Positions 12,687-27,111 of a stretch of 64,000 nt of DNA are shown piece after piece (the first letter of the stretch is position 1; every line of letters starts with the position of its first letter). The notes below the pieces were generated by a model, which did not search any database, had not been told where the DNA came from, and worked only from the letters and a program-made list of their open reading frames with translations. A program made the translations under genes and the position numbers. This DNA is from Eledone cirrhosa (taxonomy: Eukaryota): the NCBI GenBank assembly GCA_964016885.1, contig OZ024765.1, forward strand, positions 19,840,001 to 19,904,000. The letters run 5' to 3'.

Positions 12687-12980
12687 ATTGGCCTTGCAAT
12701 CGAAAGGTTGTGAGTTCAATTCTCAGACTGGGTGATGTGTTGTTGAGCAAGACACTTTATTTCACATTGCTCCAGTTTACTCAGCTGTAGAAATGAGATG
12801 ATAGGGACCCCAGTCCACTGCAAAGTGGTCGTGGAGGTGCCGCGGCAAAAAAGCACCCAGCACTCACTGTAAGTGAGGTTGGTGTTAGGAAGGGCATCCA
12901 GCTGTAGAAATCAAGCCAGAATCAGTTCCTGTCCCACCCTTGCAAGCAGGGAAAAGTGGACGTAAAATGATGATGATGAT
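12687..12980 (+). mobile_element. SINE family A, partial
   Basis: Matches 45758-46093 with small deletions. Confidence 0.8.
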
Positions 12981-13249
12981 ATATATATATATCGTGGAAG
13001 ATAGAGGTTAAACGATGATGTTGTTATATATATAAACTGACATTGCTTAATAGACATCACTCAAAATGTCTTCGCTCTGACTGGACACATGAATATATAC
13101 ACACTTGTACAGGCAACAACATCAAAGCAATCAATGGCAGTGATATCAAGCAAGTCAAGGATTTTAAGTATCTTGGGTCTTGGATCATGGACTCCGGGAA
13201 GGATTTTGGGGGTCCCCTATGAGTTGTAACCTCATAGGAGACCAGCTAT

Positions 13250-13720
13250 ACCTACTTAGATGTGAGCTGTAACAACATAATAGGACTGCAGGGGGGGGGG
13301 GGGCCTTTTCATTAAAACAGCCCAAATACCTCCAATGAGATGTAAGGTGGCCCAGCTAAACCTATATAAGTGTGAGTTGTAACAACAACATGATAGGACT
13401 GGGGTTCCTATCATTAAAACAGCCCAAATACCTCCAATGAGATGTAAGGTGGCCCAGCTAAACCTATATAAGTGTGAGTTGTAACAACAACAACATGATA
13501 GGACTGGGGTTCCTATCATTAAAACAACCCAAATACCTCCAATGAGATTTAACTATGTAAGGTGGCCCAGCTAAACCTATATAAGTGTGAGCTGTAACAA
13601 CAACATGATAGGACTGGGGGGGGGGGGGGGGTTGTCATTAGAACAAAGAAGCTCTCAGAAATTCTCTTAAATGAGATGTAACTCGGTAGGAGGTCAGCTA
13701 AATATGTATAAGTGTTAGCT
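13250..13720. repeat. About 105-bp tandem repeat, 3-4 copies
   Basis: cctccaatgagatgtaaggtggcccagctaaacctatataagtgtgag recurs at about 13329, 13432, 13535. Confidence 0.8.
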
Positions 13721-14051
13721 GTAAATTTCACTTTCCCCCACCCCCCCCACCACCACCATTGAGTAGAAAACAAAGCTGTGTTGTGATGTCTTTTATGACT
13801 TGTTTGATCAAATTATTTCCTAACAGTGGAGCAGTGGTTGGTGGATGGGTGCTTTAGATGTGTGGAGGAGGAGGGTTTTCTAAGATAATCTTCTTTCTTG
13901 GACCAGACCAAGTCAACATTTTTAATCCATTTAATCACAGTCATTTGTCAACTTTAATGACACTTGTAAATATTGTAAACATCTTGTAAATATTGCATGT
14001 TAAAACATGTAACATATGTTTTGTATGTAGCTTATTTTAATCTTATTATTA

Positions 14052-14520
14052 GGGCGGAGGATTTGTAGAATTGGTAGAGCGTCGGACAGCATGCTTTGTG
14101 GCATAGAGTTACGGCCCTTTATGTTCTGTTTTCAAATCCTGCCAAGGTTAACTGCACCTTTCATCCTTACAGGGTCGATAAAATAAAGTACCAGTAATGC
14201 ACTGGGGTCGATTTAATCAACTTTCCCCAATTGTTTGCCTTGTGCCAGGCTGAGAAACCATTGTACTGGGTAGTTGCTGGCCTTGTGCCTAAAGTAGAAA
14301 CAATTATTATTAAGGATGTTAGATTGGCAGAATCGGTAGCGCGTCGGACATGCTTTGTGGCATAGAGTTGTGTCCCTTTACATTCTCAGTTCAAATCTCA
14401 CCGAGGTGAACTTTGCCTTTCATCCTTACAGGGTCGATAAAATAAAATACCAGTAATGCACTGGGTTGATTTAATTGACTGTCCCTTGCCCCCCAAAATG
14501 TAGGCCTAATGCCTAAACCA
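14052..14520 (+). mobile_element. Two tandem SINE family C copies
   Basis: Two heads (ggcggaggatttgtagaattggtagagcg; gattggcagaatcggtagcgcg) each followed by cctttcatccttacagggtcgataaaataaa. Confidence 0.8.
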
Positions 14521-14604
14521 GAAAACATTATTATTATTCTTTTCTTCTTTTGTATCTTTTAATTTTTCACATGGTTCATATGGCTGGATGTCTTTCCCTA
14601 ATGC

Positions 14605-16090
14605 CAACCACTTTACAGAGTGTACTGGGTGTAGTTTATTGTAGTACCAACACTACCACTTTACAGAGTGTACTGGGTGTAATTTATTGTAGCACCAACA
14701 CTACCACTTTACAGAGTGTACTGGGTGTAGTTTATTGTAGCACCAACACTACCACTTTACAGAGTGTACTGGGTGTAGTTTATTGTAGCACCAACACTAC
14801 CACTTTACAGAGTGTACTGGGTGTAGTTTATTGTAGCACCAACACTACCACTTTACAGAGTGTACTGGGTGTAGTTTATTGTAGCACCAACACTACCACT
14901 TTACAGAGTGTACTGGGTGTAGTTTATTGTAGCACCAACACTACCACTTTACAGAGTGTACTGGGTGTAGTTTATTGTAGTACCAACACTACCACTTTAC
15001 AGAGTGTACTGGGTGTAGTTTATTGTAGCACCAACACTACCACTTTACAGAGTGTACTGGGTGTAGTTTATTGTAGTACCAACACTACCACTTTACAGAG
15101 TGTACTGGGTGTAGTTTATTGTGGCACCAACACTACCACTTTACAGAGTGTACTGGGTGTAGTTTATTGTAGCACCAACACTACCACTTTACAGAGTGTA
15201 CTGGGTGTAGTTTATTGTAGCACCAACACTACCACTTTACAGAGTGTACTGGGTGTAGTTTATTGTGGCACCAACACTACCACTTTACAGAGTGTACTGG
15301 GTGTAGTTTATTGTAGCACCAACACTACCACTTTACAGAGTGTACTGGGTGTAGTTTATTGTAGCACCAACACTACCACTTTACAGAGTGTACTGGGTGT
15401 AGTTTATTGTAGCACCAACACTACCACTTTACAGAGTGTACTGGGTGTAGTTTATTGTAGCACCAACACTACCACTTTACAGAGTGTACTGGGTGTAGTT
15501 TATTGTAGCACCAACACTACCACTTTACAGAGTGTACTGGGTGTAGTTTATTGTAGTACCAACACTACCACTTTACAGAGTGTACTGGGTGTAGTTTATT
15601 GTAGCACCAACACTACCACTTTACAGAGTGTACTGGGTGTAGTTTATTGTAGCACCAACACTACCACTTTACAGAGTGTACTGGGTGTAGTTTATTGTAG
15701 CACCAACACTACCACTTTACAGAGTGTACTGGGTGTAGTTTATTGTGGCACCAACACTACCACTTTACAGAGTGTACTGGGTGTAGTTTATTGTAGCACC
15801 AACACTACCACTTTACAGAGTGTACTGGGTGTAGTTTATTGTAGCACCAACACTACCACTTTACAGAGTGTACTGGGTGTAGTTTATTGTAGCACCAACA
15901 CTACCACTTTACAGAGTGTACTGGGTGTAGTTTATTGTGGTACCAACACTACCACTTTACAGAGTGTACTGGGTGTAATTTATTGTGGCACCAACACTAC
16001 CACTTTACAGTGTGTACTGGGTGTATTGTATGGTAGCACCAGCACTACCACTTTACAGAGTGTACAGGGTGTAGTTTATTATGGCACCAG
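14605..16090. repeat. 48-bp minisatellite (about 31 copies) derived from SINE/RTE-tail related sequence
   Basis: Unit accactttacagagtgtactgggtgtagtttattgtagcaccaacact; preceded by gctggatgtctttccctaatgccaacc as in the SINE; degenerate copies at 59460-59780. Confidence 0.9.
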
Positions 16091-17034
16091 TACTAGAGAT
16101 GTTGCCATGTCCTTGACAAGATTGAAGTGTCCTGTCAACCTATGTTGTCAGCATTTAAACAATAACCACTTTACAGAGTGTACAAGGTGCATATCATCAT
16201 GGCAGAAGATGCTAATCCCCCCCCCCCCTGTCCCCGGTAGATGAGAGAAGGACCTGGTTCAGGGGAGTTAGGATGGACAGATCATCATCATTTAACGTCC
16301 CCCTTGTCCTGCTAGCAAGTGTTGGATGGGTCTACATAGACCAAGTCAGTACTGAGCAGGGCTCCTGACCTTCCAGAGAGGCCAAGGGGTCTATATCTCG
16401 CTTACAGTCATATTGAGTGTAAAGAAGTTGTATTTTTTTGCACAATATATACCCCCTCCATAAAATTGGACTGATAGTGGCCCGTCTGAGGAAGGAGCCC
16501 TGTGAGGTGGGGGTGGCCGTTGCAGGATGTGTTGCTGGCCATTGTCCATGGAAATACCTTTGCCATTTTGTCTGTGGGACGCAGCAGAAACACTGCTCTG
16601 ACCTAGGTGTAGAGGTTAATACCCTCTCTTCCTTTGTCTAGTAATCCTTGCTCTTTCCCTCCCTTTCCTCTCATTTATGGCATTTATAGTCCTTTCCAAG
16701 GTTGCTTTCTTTTTCTGTGCGTTTAACCAATTTATAGTTATATCGACAATAAAAAAATACGATGTACAAACCTTATACCCTTCACCTGACATTTGTAGTT
16801 TAAACCCATCTTCTTCTTCATCCATTTATTCCTGGGAAGGTAGTATGGGGGCTGAGTCCTCAAACACTCCCTCCAGTGGGTCCTGTCAGAAGTAACCATC
16901 TCCAACTGATCCGGCTAGATCCCTAAGCGAGACCAGCCAAACTCGTGAATGTTATTCAACCATCTTGCTCGGGGTGGGTTCACCCGTAGGTCACCTGCCT
17001 GTTGGTTTTACCTGTAAAATCAGTCCAGTGCTTC

Positions 17035-18690
17035 TTTCCATAGTATCGGAGCTGTGATCTCTCAATTCAGAGAAGTAGCAGCTCTAGTTGGAGTGACTCT
17101 CTGATCTCTGAGCTACAAATCTGTCCAGTGATTCTTTCCTGAGACATTCTAACCACAAGTCCATAGTATCAGAGCTGTGATCTCTCAATACAGAGAAGTA
17201 GCAGCTCTACCTGGAGTGACTCTCTGATCTCCGAGCTACAAATCTGTCCAGTGATTCTTTCCTGAAACATTCTAACCACATGTCCATAGTATCAGAGCAG
17301 TGATCTCTCAATTCAGAGAAGTAGCAGCTCTACCTGGAGTGACTCTCTGATATCTGAGCTACAAATCTGTCTAGTGATTCTTTCCTGAGACATTCTAACC
17401 ACATGTCCATAGTATCGGAGCTGTGATCTCTCAATACAGAGAAGTGGCAGCTCTACCTGGAGTGACTCTCTGATCTCTAAGCTACAAATCTGACCAGTGA
17501 TTCTTTCCTGAGACATTCTAACCACATGTCCATAGAATCGGAGCTGCGATCTCTCAATTCAGAGAAGTGGCAGCTCTACCTGGAGTGACTCTCTGATCTC
17601 TGAGCTACAAATCTGTCCAGTGATTCTTTCCTGAGACATTCTAACCACATGTCCATAGTATCGGAGCTGTGATCTCTCAATTCAGAGAAGTAGCAGCTCT
17701 ACCTGGAGTGACTCTCTGATCTCTGAGCTACAAATCTGACCAGTGATTCTTTCCTGAGACATTCTAACCACATGTCCATAGTATCGGAGCTGTGATCTCT
17801 CAATTCAGAGAAGTAGCAGCTCTACCTGGAGTGACTCTCTGATCTCTGAGCTACAAATCTGACCAGTGATTCTTTCCTGAGACATTCTAACCACATGTCC
17901 ATAGTATCAGAGCTGTGATCTCTCAATACAGAGAAGTAGCAGCTCTAACTGGAGTGACTCTCTGATCTCTGAGCTACAAATCTGTCCAGTGATTCTTTCC
18001 TGAGACATTCTAACCACATGTCCATAGTATCAGAGCTGTGATCTCTCAATTCTCTACCTGGAGTGACTCTCTGATCTCTGAACTACAAATCTGACCAGTG
18101 ATTCTTTCCTGAGACATTCTAACCACATGTCCATAGTATCAGAGCTGTGATCTCTCAATTCTCTACCTGGAGTGACTCTCTGATATCTGAGCTACAAATC
18201 TGTCCAGTGATTCTTTCCTGAGACATTCTAACCACATGTCCATAGTATCAGAACTGTGATCTCTCAATTCAGAGAAGTAGCAGCTCTACCTGGAGTGACT
18301 CTCTGATCTCTGAGCTACAAATCTGACCAGTGATTCTTTCCTGAGACATTCTAACCACATGTCCATAGTATCAGAGCTGTGATCTCTCAATTCAGAGAAG
18401 TAACAGCTCTACCTGGAGTGACTCTCTGATCTCTGAGCTACAAATCTGACCAGTGATTCTTTCCTGAGACATTCTAACCACATGTCCATAGTATCAGAGC
18501 TGTGATCTGTCAATTCAGAGAAGTAACAGCTCTACCTGGAGTGACTCTCTGAGCTCTGAGCTACAAATCTGTCCAGTGATTCTTTCCTGAGACATTCTAA
18601 CCACATGTCTATAGTATCAGAGCTGTGATCTCCCAATTCGGAGAAGTGGCAGCTCTACCTGGAGTGACTCTCAGATATCCGAGCTACGCA
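17035..18690 (-). repeat. 123-bp tandem array (about 13 copies) inside a decayed RTE LINE
   Basis: Unit encodes VVRMSQERITGQICSSEIRESLQVELLLLxIERSQLxYYGH on minus strand; parental LINE sequence continues on both sides (about 16900-17035 and 18690-18745). Confidence 0.9.
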
Positions 18691-19299
18691 CTCTATCGTG
18701 TAGCGTTACTCCAAGAACCCTTCAGAGGAACCCCATTTTGGTCACTTATGACTTTTATTTAAATACCTGTCCCTATTGAAGGTTGTCTTATAAACCTATG
18801 TTTCTTGTAATCCGTCAAATACGGTAAATCACCTGGTTGTTAGTTTATCTTTTGTATAAACAGAAACAACAAGGACTTAATCATAATACATACTTAATAT
18901 TAGTCATTGAGCTAATAGTGTCTTTTACACATTACTGTGTAATTATTTTTAATCAGGCTGTTGTTGGTTTGGGTTACACAAGTTATTTAAAAAAATGTTT
19001 GGTTTTGATATTTATGACTGAGTCAGGACAATAACTTTGATCTGAAGGAAAAGAGGTGAAGGTCATGGAATGGGTCCAAATTTACCGAGACCTTGTCCAA
19101 GACACCACATCTAAACCAGCTGGCTTTGCCCTTCCCAGAAAACAATGAGTGTCCCTTATACGGATCTGTAGAACACGTCATCTCCATTGATCGAAAATGA
19201 AAGACAATCCAGTATCACTTTTGGCTGTTTTGTAGCTTATAACTGTTGCTTGTGCTGCTGATAGGAATAGCAGTATCTTGATCTTATCGATACTCCCAG

Positions 19300-19795
19300 G
19301 GCTGCCGTGTAGACCCTCCTATCTTGACCCCAAGAAGAAAGTGAATGCAAGGAACAACATTATCCGCAAGCTCACTGGCACCGCCTGTTGTGCAAACCCA
19401 CAGACTCTGAAGTCAACTGCACTAGCTCTCTTCTACTCAGCTGCCGAGTATGCATGCCCAGTATGGGAGCGAGCTGTCCATGTCCAGAAGCTAGACTTCG
19501 CCCTTAATGCTAGCTGCCGCTTAATCACAGGCTACCTGAAATCTACACTTATGGACCGTCTACATATCCTGGCAGGTATAGCCCCACCAGAGATACAACG
19601 AAGGGCATCAAGCAGGAAAGAGCCTCAATAACAGACTATAGATCAAAAACATCCTCTCTTTGGCCATGTGCCAGACAAAAGCTATCTTAAATCCAGGAAA
19701 AGTTTCCTAAGGCCCCTTGGAACATCAAGCATAAGTAGTGAAAGAGTTATGCGCTAGGAAGAAAAACTTAACAACCTCCCATCGGTAACAACAAT
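19300..19795 (+). mobile_element. Non-LTR retrotransposon ORF2 C-terminal fragment
   Basis: KKVNARNNIIRKLTGT...ALALFYSAAEYACPVW...NASCRLITGYLKST..L.ILAGIAPPEIQR. Confidence 0.75.
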
Positions 19796-19799
19796 GCAG

Positions 19800-20030
19800 C
19801 TTAATGCGAACGAGGCATTTAAACCGGCCATATCCGGCCAGAATTCTCTCACCTTTTTCTGTTCAACCCGGCCATAACCAGCCCCTCATACTTATGTTAA
19901 TGTATTGTTCTAAAGAAATATCAAAATCTCGTAGTTTTAATATTATGTGAGATATTATGTAAAATAAAGTGTTTACTGTGAAAATACAATAGTAAATATA
20001 TAGAGTAATGTAAATGGCAAAGGGTTAATT
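19800..20030 (-). mobile_element. piggyBac-like MITE (TTAA-CCCTT terminus)
   Basis: Ends in aaagggttaa; reverse complement aligns by eye to 40230-40430. Confidence 0.6.
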
Positions 20031-20384
20031 AACCCCTTTCGTTACTATATTTCAAATGAAGCATTTTTAAAAGAATTAGAATTTGAAGGGATTTAGTAAA
20101 ATTGAGGAAGGCAGGAGGTGCTGAATTAAATGCAAGAGTTGCAGCAACTGGTGCAGTCATGCACCAACTTGAGCATTTGGTCATTAGAAATACCAACAAG
20201 AGTAATTGTTTCTACTTTAGGCACAAGGCCAGCAATTACCCAGTGCATTACTGGTACTTTATTTTATCGACCCCGTAAGGATGAAAGGCAAAGTCAACCT
20301 CGGCGGGATTTGAACTCAGATCGTAAAGGGACGTAACTATGCTTGAAAGCATGGCGTCCAACAAGAGTAATGATAATGACAAGC

Positions 20385-20648
20385 AGGTGGAGATGTTCAA
20401 GTATGTCGGGGCTGTGTTCACAAGTGATGGAAGGTAGGAGGCTGAATTAAGTGCAAGATTTGCAGGAGCTGGTGCAGTAATGCGCCAGCTTCAGCATTCC
20501 ATAATCAGAAGAAGGGAGGTAGGTGTAAAAGCTAAACTCGCTGGTCTTCCATTTGATGTTCGTGCCAACCCTTACCTATGGTCAGGAATCTTGGGTAATG
20601 TCCGAAAGAATATGATTGTGACCACAAGCTGTTGAAATGGGGTTCCAC
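20385..20648 (+). mobile_element. Decayed RTE LINE fragment
   Basis: QVEMFKYVGAVFTSDG...PTLTYGQESWVMSE...AVEMGF. Confidence 0.7.
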
Positions 20649-20649
20649 T

Positions 20650-22430
20650 ACAACCACCAAACTGTATTACCACCATCACCATAACCAATGACAACCATTG
20701 CCATAAACCACCACCACTGCTGCAACTAACACCACCACCAACAACAACACTAATAACAACAACAACACTAATAACAACAACAACAACACCACCACCACCA
20801 CTGCTGCAACTAACACCACCACCACCAACAACAACAACACTAATAACAACAACAACAACAACACCGTCACCACTGCTGCAACGAACACCACCACCAACAA
20901 TACCATCACCACTGCTGCACCTAACACCACCACCACCAACAACAACAACACTAATAACAACAACAACAACACCATCACCACTGCTGCACCTAACACCACC
21001 AACAACAACAACAACAACACTAATAACAACAGAACCACCACCACCAACACCACCACCACCACCACAACTACCACCACCACCACCACCACCACCACCAACA
21101 CCACCACCACCACAACTACCAACACCACCACCACCACAACTACCACCACCAACACCACCACCACCACCACAACTACCACCACCACAACTACCACCACCAC
21201 CACCACCACCACAACTACCACCACCAACACCACCACCACCACTACCACAACTACCACCACCACCACAACTACCACCACCACCACCACCACCACCACCACA
21301 ACTACCACCACCACAACTACCACCACCACCACCACCACCACAACTACCACCACCACAACTACCACCACCACCACCACCACCACAACTACCACCACCAACA
21401 CCACCACCACCACTACCACAACTACCACCACCAACACCATCACCACCACACTACACCACCACCACCACCACCACAACTACCACCACCACCACCACTACCA
21501 CCACCACCACCACCACCACTACCACCACCACCAACACCATCACCACCACTACTACCACCACCAACACCACCACCACCACAACTACCACCACCACCACCAT
21601 CACTACCACCACCACCACCAACACCACTACCAACACCACCACCACCAACACCACAACTACCACAACCACCACCACAACTACCACCACCAACACCACCACC
21701 ACCACCACTACCACCACCACCACCACTACCACCACCACCACTACTACCACCACCAACACTACTACAGTCTTCTGATAAATTCTATTTATATGAAGACAAC
21801 TTCTGACTTTATCATGACCTTATTCTCTAATTAACATTGATCTCTCTGTCTTTACCCCCCCCCCTTCCTCCTCCCCCTTCTTCCCCCTTCCTCCCCCTCC
21901 CCCCTCCTTCTTCTACCCCAATTACCACCAGTAACTTAGGTGTCCTCCTATTTTTAATATTATCAACCTCCCTACTACCTCTGACACTACTACTACAACA
22001 ACCACCACCACTACTACCTCTGACACCACCACTACTACAACCACCACCACTACTACAACAACAACCACCACTACAACAACCACCACTACTACCTCTGACA
22101 CCACTACTACCTCTGACACCACTACTACAACAACAACCACTACTACCTCTGACACCACTACTACAACAACAACCACCACTACAACAACCCCCACTACAAC
22201 AACCCCCACTACAACAACCACCACTACTACCTCTGACACCACTACTACAACAACAACCACTACTACAACAACCACCACTACTACCTCTGACACCACCACT
22301 ACTACAACCACCACCACTACTACCTCTGACACCACTACAACAACCACCACTACTACCTCTGACACCACCACTACTACAACAACCACCACTACTACAACAC
22401 CCACCACCACCACTACTACAACAACCACCC
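20650..22430. repeat. Compound (CAC/CAA/CTA)n low-complexity tracts
   Basis: Direct reading; source of poly-V and poly-P/Q ORFs. Confidence 0.9.
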
Positions 22431-22654
22431 TAGTGTTAGTACCACAACAAAATGTACCTAGTTCTCTCTTGTGAGATGTCTGGTGTTATGAAGGAACTCT
22501 AACCATAGAAATCCTGCTAAAAAGGGTTTGAGAGGACTTCTAGTGCTGATGCCTAGATGGACTGTGCCTTGTACATTCTGTAGGGTGGCTGGTGTTAGGA
22601 AAGGCATCCAGCCATAAAACCGTTGCTAAATAAAGGGTTGAGCGGACTCTTGTT

Positions 22655-25600
22655 GTGAAAGTTATGACAACTTCCCTAGTGTTGGTTCCACAAAGAAATA
22701 CAGCCAGTACTCTCTGTAAAGTTGGTGTTAGGAAGGGCAGCTAACTGTTGAGAAACTGCCAAACAAAGGGGCATGTGGGCCATTCAGTTGTGTGAAAGTT
22801 ATGACAACTTCCCTAGTGTTGATCCCACAAAGAAATACAGCCAGTACTCTCTGTAAAGTTGGTGTTAGGAAGGGCAGCTAACTGTTGAGAAACTGCCAAA
22901 CAAAGGGGCATGTGGACCATTCAGTTGTGTGAAAGTTATGGCAACTTCCCTAGTGTTGGTCCCACAAAGAAATACAGCCAGTACTCTCTGTAAAGTTGGT
23001 GTTAGGAAGGGCAGCTAACTGTTGAGAAACTGCCAAACAAAGGGGCATGTGGACCATTCAGTTGTGTGAAAGTTATGTCAACTTCCCTAGTGTTGGTCCC
23101 ACAAAGAAATACAGCCAGTACTCTCTGTAAAGTTGGTGTTAGGAAGGGCAGCTAACTGTTGAGAAACTGCCAAACAAAGGGGCATGTGGACCATTCAGTT
23201 GTGTGAAAGTTATGACAACTTCCCTAGTGTTGGTCCCACAAAGAAATACAGCCAGTACTCTCTGTAAAGTTGGTGTTAGGAAGGGCAGCTAACTGTTGAG
23301 AAACTGCCAAACAAAGGGGCATGTGGACCATTCAGTTGTGTGAAAGTTATGTCAACTTCCCTAGTGTTGATCCCACAAAGAAATACAGCCAGTACTCTCT
23401 GTAAAGTTGGTGTTAGGAAGGGCAGCTAACTGTTGAGAAACTGCCAAACAAAGGGGCATGTGGACCATTCAGTTGTGTGAAAGTTATGTCAACTTCCCTA
23501 GTGTTGGTCCCACAAAGAAATACAGCCAGTACTCTCTGTAAAGTTGGTGTTAGGAAGGGCAGCTAACTGTTGAGAAACTGCCAAACAAAGGGGCATGTGG
23601 ACCATTCAGTTGTGTGAAAGTTATGACAACTTCCCTAGTGTTGGTCCCACAAAGAAATACAGCCAGTACTCTCTGTAAAGTTGGTGTTAGGAAGGGCAGC
23701 TAACTGTTGAGAAACTGCCAAACAAAGGGGCATGTGGACCATTCAGTTGTGTGAAAGTTATGACAACTTCCCTAGTGTTGGTCCCACAAAGAAATACAGC
23801 CAGTACTCTCTGTAAAGTTGGTGTTAGGAAGGGCAGCTAACTGTTGAGAAACTGCCAAACAAAGGGGCATGTGGACCATTCAGTTGTGTGAAAGTTATGT
23901 CAACTTCCCTAGTGTTGATCCCACAAAGAAATACAGCCAGTACTCTCTGTAAAGTTGGTGTTAGGAAGGGCAGCTAACTGTTGAGAAACTGCCAAACAAA
24001 GGGGCATGTGGACCATTCAGTTGTGTGAAAGTTATGACAACTTCCCTAGTGTTGGTCCCACAAAGAAATACAGCCAGTACTCTCTGTAAAGTTGGTGTTA
24101 GGAAGGGCAGCTAACTGTTGAGAAACTGCCAAACAAAGGGGCATGTGGACCATTCAGTTGTGTGAAAGTTATGTCAACTTCCCTAGTGTTGGTCCCACAA
24201 AGAAATACAGCCAGTACTCTCTGTAAAGTTGGTGTTAGGAAGGGCAGCTAACTGTTGAGAAACTGCCAAACAAAGGGGCATGTGGACCATTCAGTTGTGT
24301 GAAAGTTATGACAACTTCCCTAGTGTTGATCCCACAAAGAAATACAGCCAGTACTCTCTGTAAAGTTGGTGTTAGGAAGGGCAGCTAACTGTTGAGAAAC
24401 TGCCAAACAAAGGGGCATGTGGACCATTCAGTTGTGTGAAAGTTATGACAACTTCCCTAGTGTTGGTCCCACAAAGAAATACAGCCAGTACTCTCTGTAA
24501 AGTTGGTGTTAGGAAGGGCAGCTAACTGTTGAGAAACTGCCAAACAAAGGGGCATGTGGACCATTCAGTTGTGTGAAAGTTATGACAACTTCCCTAGTGT
24601 TGGTCCCACAAAGAAATACAGCCAGTACTCTCTGTAAAGTTGGTGTTAGGAAGGGCAGCTAACTGTTGAGAAACTGCCAAACAAAGGGGCATGTGGACCA
24701 TTCAGTTGTGTGAAAGTTATGACAACTTCCCTAGTGTTGGTTCCACAAAGAAATACAGCCAGTACTCTCTGTAAAGTTGGTGTTAGGAAGGGCAGCTAAC
24801 TGTTGAGAAACTGCCAAACAAAGGGGCATGTGGACCATTCAGTTGTGTGAAAGTTATGACAACTTCCCTAGTGTTGGTTCCACAAAGAAATACAGCCAGT
24901 ACTCTCTGTAAAGTTGGTGTTAGGAAGGGCAGCTAACTGTTGAGAAACTGCCAAACAAAGGGGCATGTGGACCATTCAGTTGTGTGAAAGTTATGGCAAC
25001 TTCCCTAGTGTTGGTCCCACAAAGAAATACAGCCAGTACTCTCTGTAAAGTTGGTGTTAGGAAGGGCAGCTAACTGTTGAGAAACTGCCAAACAAAGGGG
25101 CATGTGGACCATTCAGTTGTGTGAAAGTTATGGCAACTTCCCTAGTGTTGGTCCCACAAAGAAATACAGCCAGTACTCTCTGTAAAGTTGGTGTTAGGAA
25201 GGGCAGCTAACTGTTGAGAAACTGCCAAACAAAGGGGCATGTGGACCATTCAGTTGTGTGAAAGTTATGGCAACTTCCCTAGTGTTGGTCCCACAAAGAA
25301 ATACAGCCAGTACTCTCTGTAAAGTTGGTGTTAGGAAGGGCAGCTAACTGTTGAGAAACTGCCAAACAAAGGGGCATGTGGACCATTCAGTTGTGTGAAA
25401 GTTATGGCAACTTCCCTAGTGTTGGTTCCACAAAGAAATACAGCCAGTACTCTCTGTAAAGTTGGTGTTAGGAAGGGCAGCTAACTGTTGAGAAACTGCC
25501 AAACAAAGGGGCATGTGGACCATTCAGTTGTGTGAAAGTTATGGCAACTTCCCTAGTGTTGGTCCCACAAAGAAATACAGCCAGTACTCTCTGTAAAGTT

Positions 25601-26097
25601 GGTGTTAGGAAGGGCAGCTAACTGTTGAGAAACTGCCAAACAAAGGGGCATGTGGACCATTCAGTTGTGTGAAAGTTATGGCAACTTCCCTAGTGTTGGT
25701 CCCACAAAGAAATACAGCCAGTACTCTCTGTAAAGTTGGTGTTAGGAAGGGCAGCTAACTGTTGAGAAACTGCCAAACAAAGGGGCATGTGGGCCATTCA
25801 GTTGTGTGAAAGTTATGACAACTTCCCTAGTGTTGGTCCCACAAAGAAATACAGCCAGTACTCTCTGTAAAGTTGGTGTTAGGAAGGGCAGCTAACTGTT
25901 GAGAAACTGCCAAACAAAGGGGCATGTGGGCCATTCAGTTGTGTGAAAGTTATGACAACTTCCCTAGTGTTGGTCCCACAAAGAAATACAGCCAGTACTC
26001 TCTGTAAAGTTGGTGTTAGGAAGGGCAGCTAACTGTTGAGAAACTGCCAAACAAAGGGGCATGTGGACCATTCAGTTGTGTGAAAGTTATGGCAAGT
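22655..26097. repeat. 137-bp tandem array (about 25 highly similar copies) derived from SINE-related sequence
   Basis: ccctagtgtt recurs at 22811, 22948, 23085; unit contains ctgtaaagttggtgttaggaagggca shared with SINE family A; diverged monomers flank both ends. Confidence 0.95.
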
Positions 26098-26706
26098 CAC
26101 TTGTGCTGGTGTCATAATAAAATGAACCCAGTTCACTCTGTAGGGTGGTTAGAGTTAAGAAGGGTATCTAGCCACAGAAACCATGCCAAACAAAGAGTTG
26201 TGGGGGTGTCTTCAGTTGTATCAAAGACATGACACCCCCACTTGTGCTGGTGCCACAATGAAGTACACCCAGTACACTCTGTAAAGTGGTTGGTGTTAAA
26301 GACTACCAACCACAGAAACCATGCGAAACAAAGAGTTGTGAGGTGTCTTCAGTTGTATCAAAGACATGACAACACCCCTCCACGTACTGATGCCACAATG
26401 AAATACACTCAGTACAGTAAAGTGTTTGGTGTTGAGCAGGGCATTTAACTGTAGACACCCTGCCAAACAAAGGGTTGCCGAGACCATTCAGTTGTGTCAA
26501 AGAGTTGGCAGTCCCCTGAGAGCTATTGCCATGATGAAATGCACACAGTGCACACTGTAGGATAGTTGATATTAACGGTGATGGTGGCAATGGGAAGGGC
26601 TTCTACCCTCCACCCTGAACATGTGAGCTGTATCTTCCTGGGTCCCATCTGGGAGGATAATGGCTCAGATTTAGTTACTCTCTGACAGAGGTCTCTCTTT
26701 GCACTC

Positions 26707-26897
26707 ATTGTTTCTACTTTTGCTACAAGACCAGCAATTACCCCAGTACATTACTGGTACTTTATTTTATCGAACCTGTAAGGATGAAAGGCAAAGTTAA
26801 CCTCGGCGGGATTTGAACTCAGAATGGCAAGGGCCGTAACTCTATGCGTCAAAGCATGGCGTCCGACCCTCTACCAATACAGTCAATCCACCGCCCT
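26707..26897 (-). mobile_element. SINE family C
   Basis: Matches 12084-12275. Confidence 0.8.
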
Positions 26898-27111
26898 CAT
26901 TAACTGATAATGATGATAGTGATGATACTCCTCCTCCACTCTTCTCACTACGTGGGTGTAGGGGTGTGGTGTGGTGGACAATAAACTAGTTAGGTGTTGG
27001 GGTTAAAGGTTAATTAATTATCAGAAACAGGTGTGCCCTTATACCGGGTGTTACCATAACAGCTTGTGTCATTACTATTTTCAATATATGTTAGCATAAA
27101 ATTGACTCAAA

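Noticed and set aside
14550-16244. 564-aa repetitive ORF
   Set aside because: Stop-free frame of a 48-bp minisatellite; no splice or start context, SINE-related origin
20676-22433. Poly-Val and Pro/Gln-rich ORFs suggesting a mucin exon
   Set aside because: Trinucleotide low-complexity tracts without convincing splice sites
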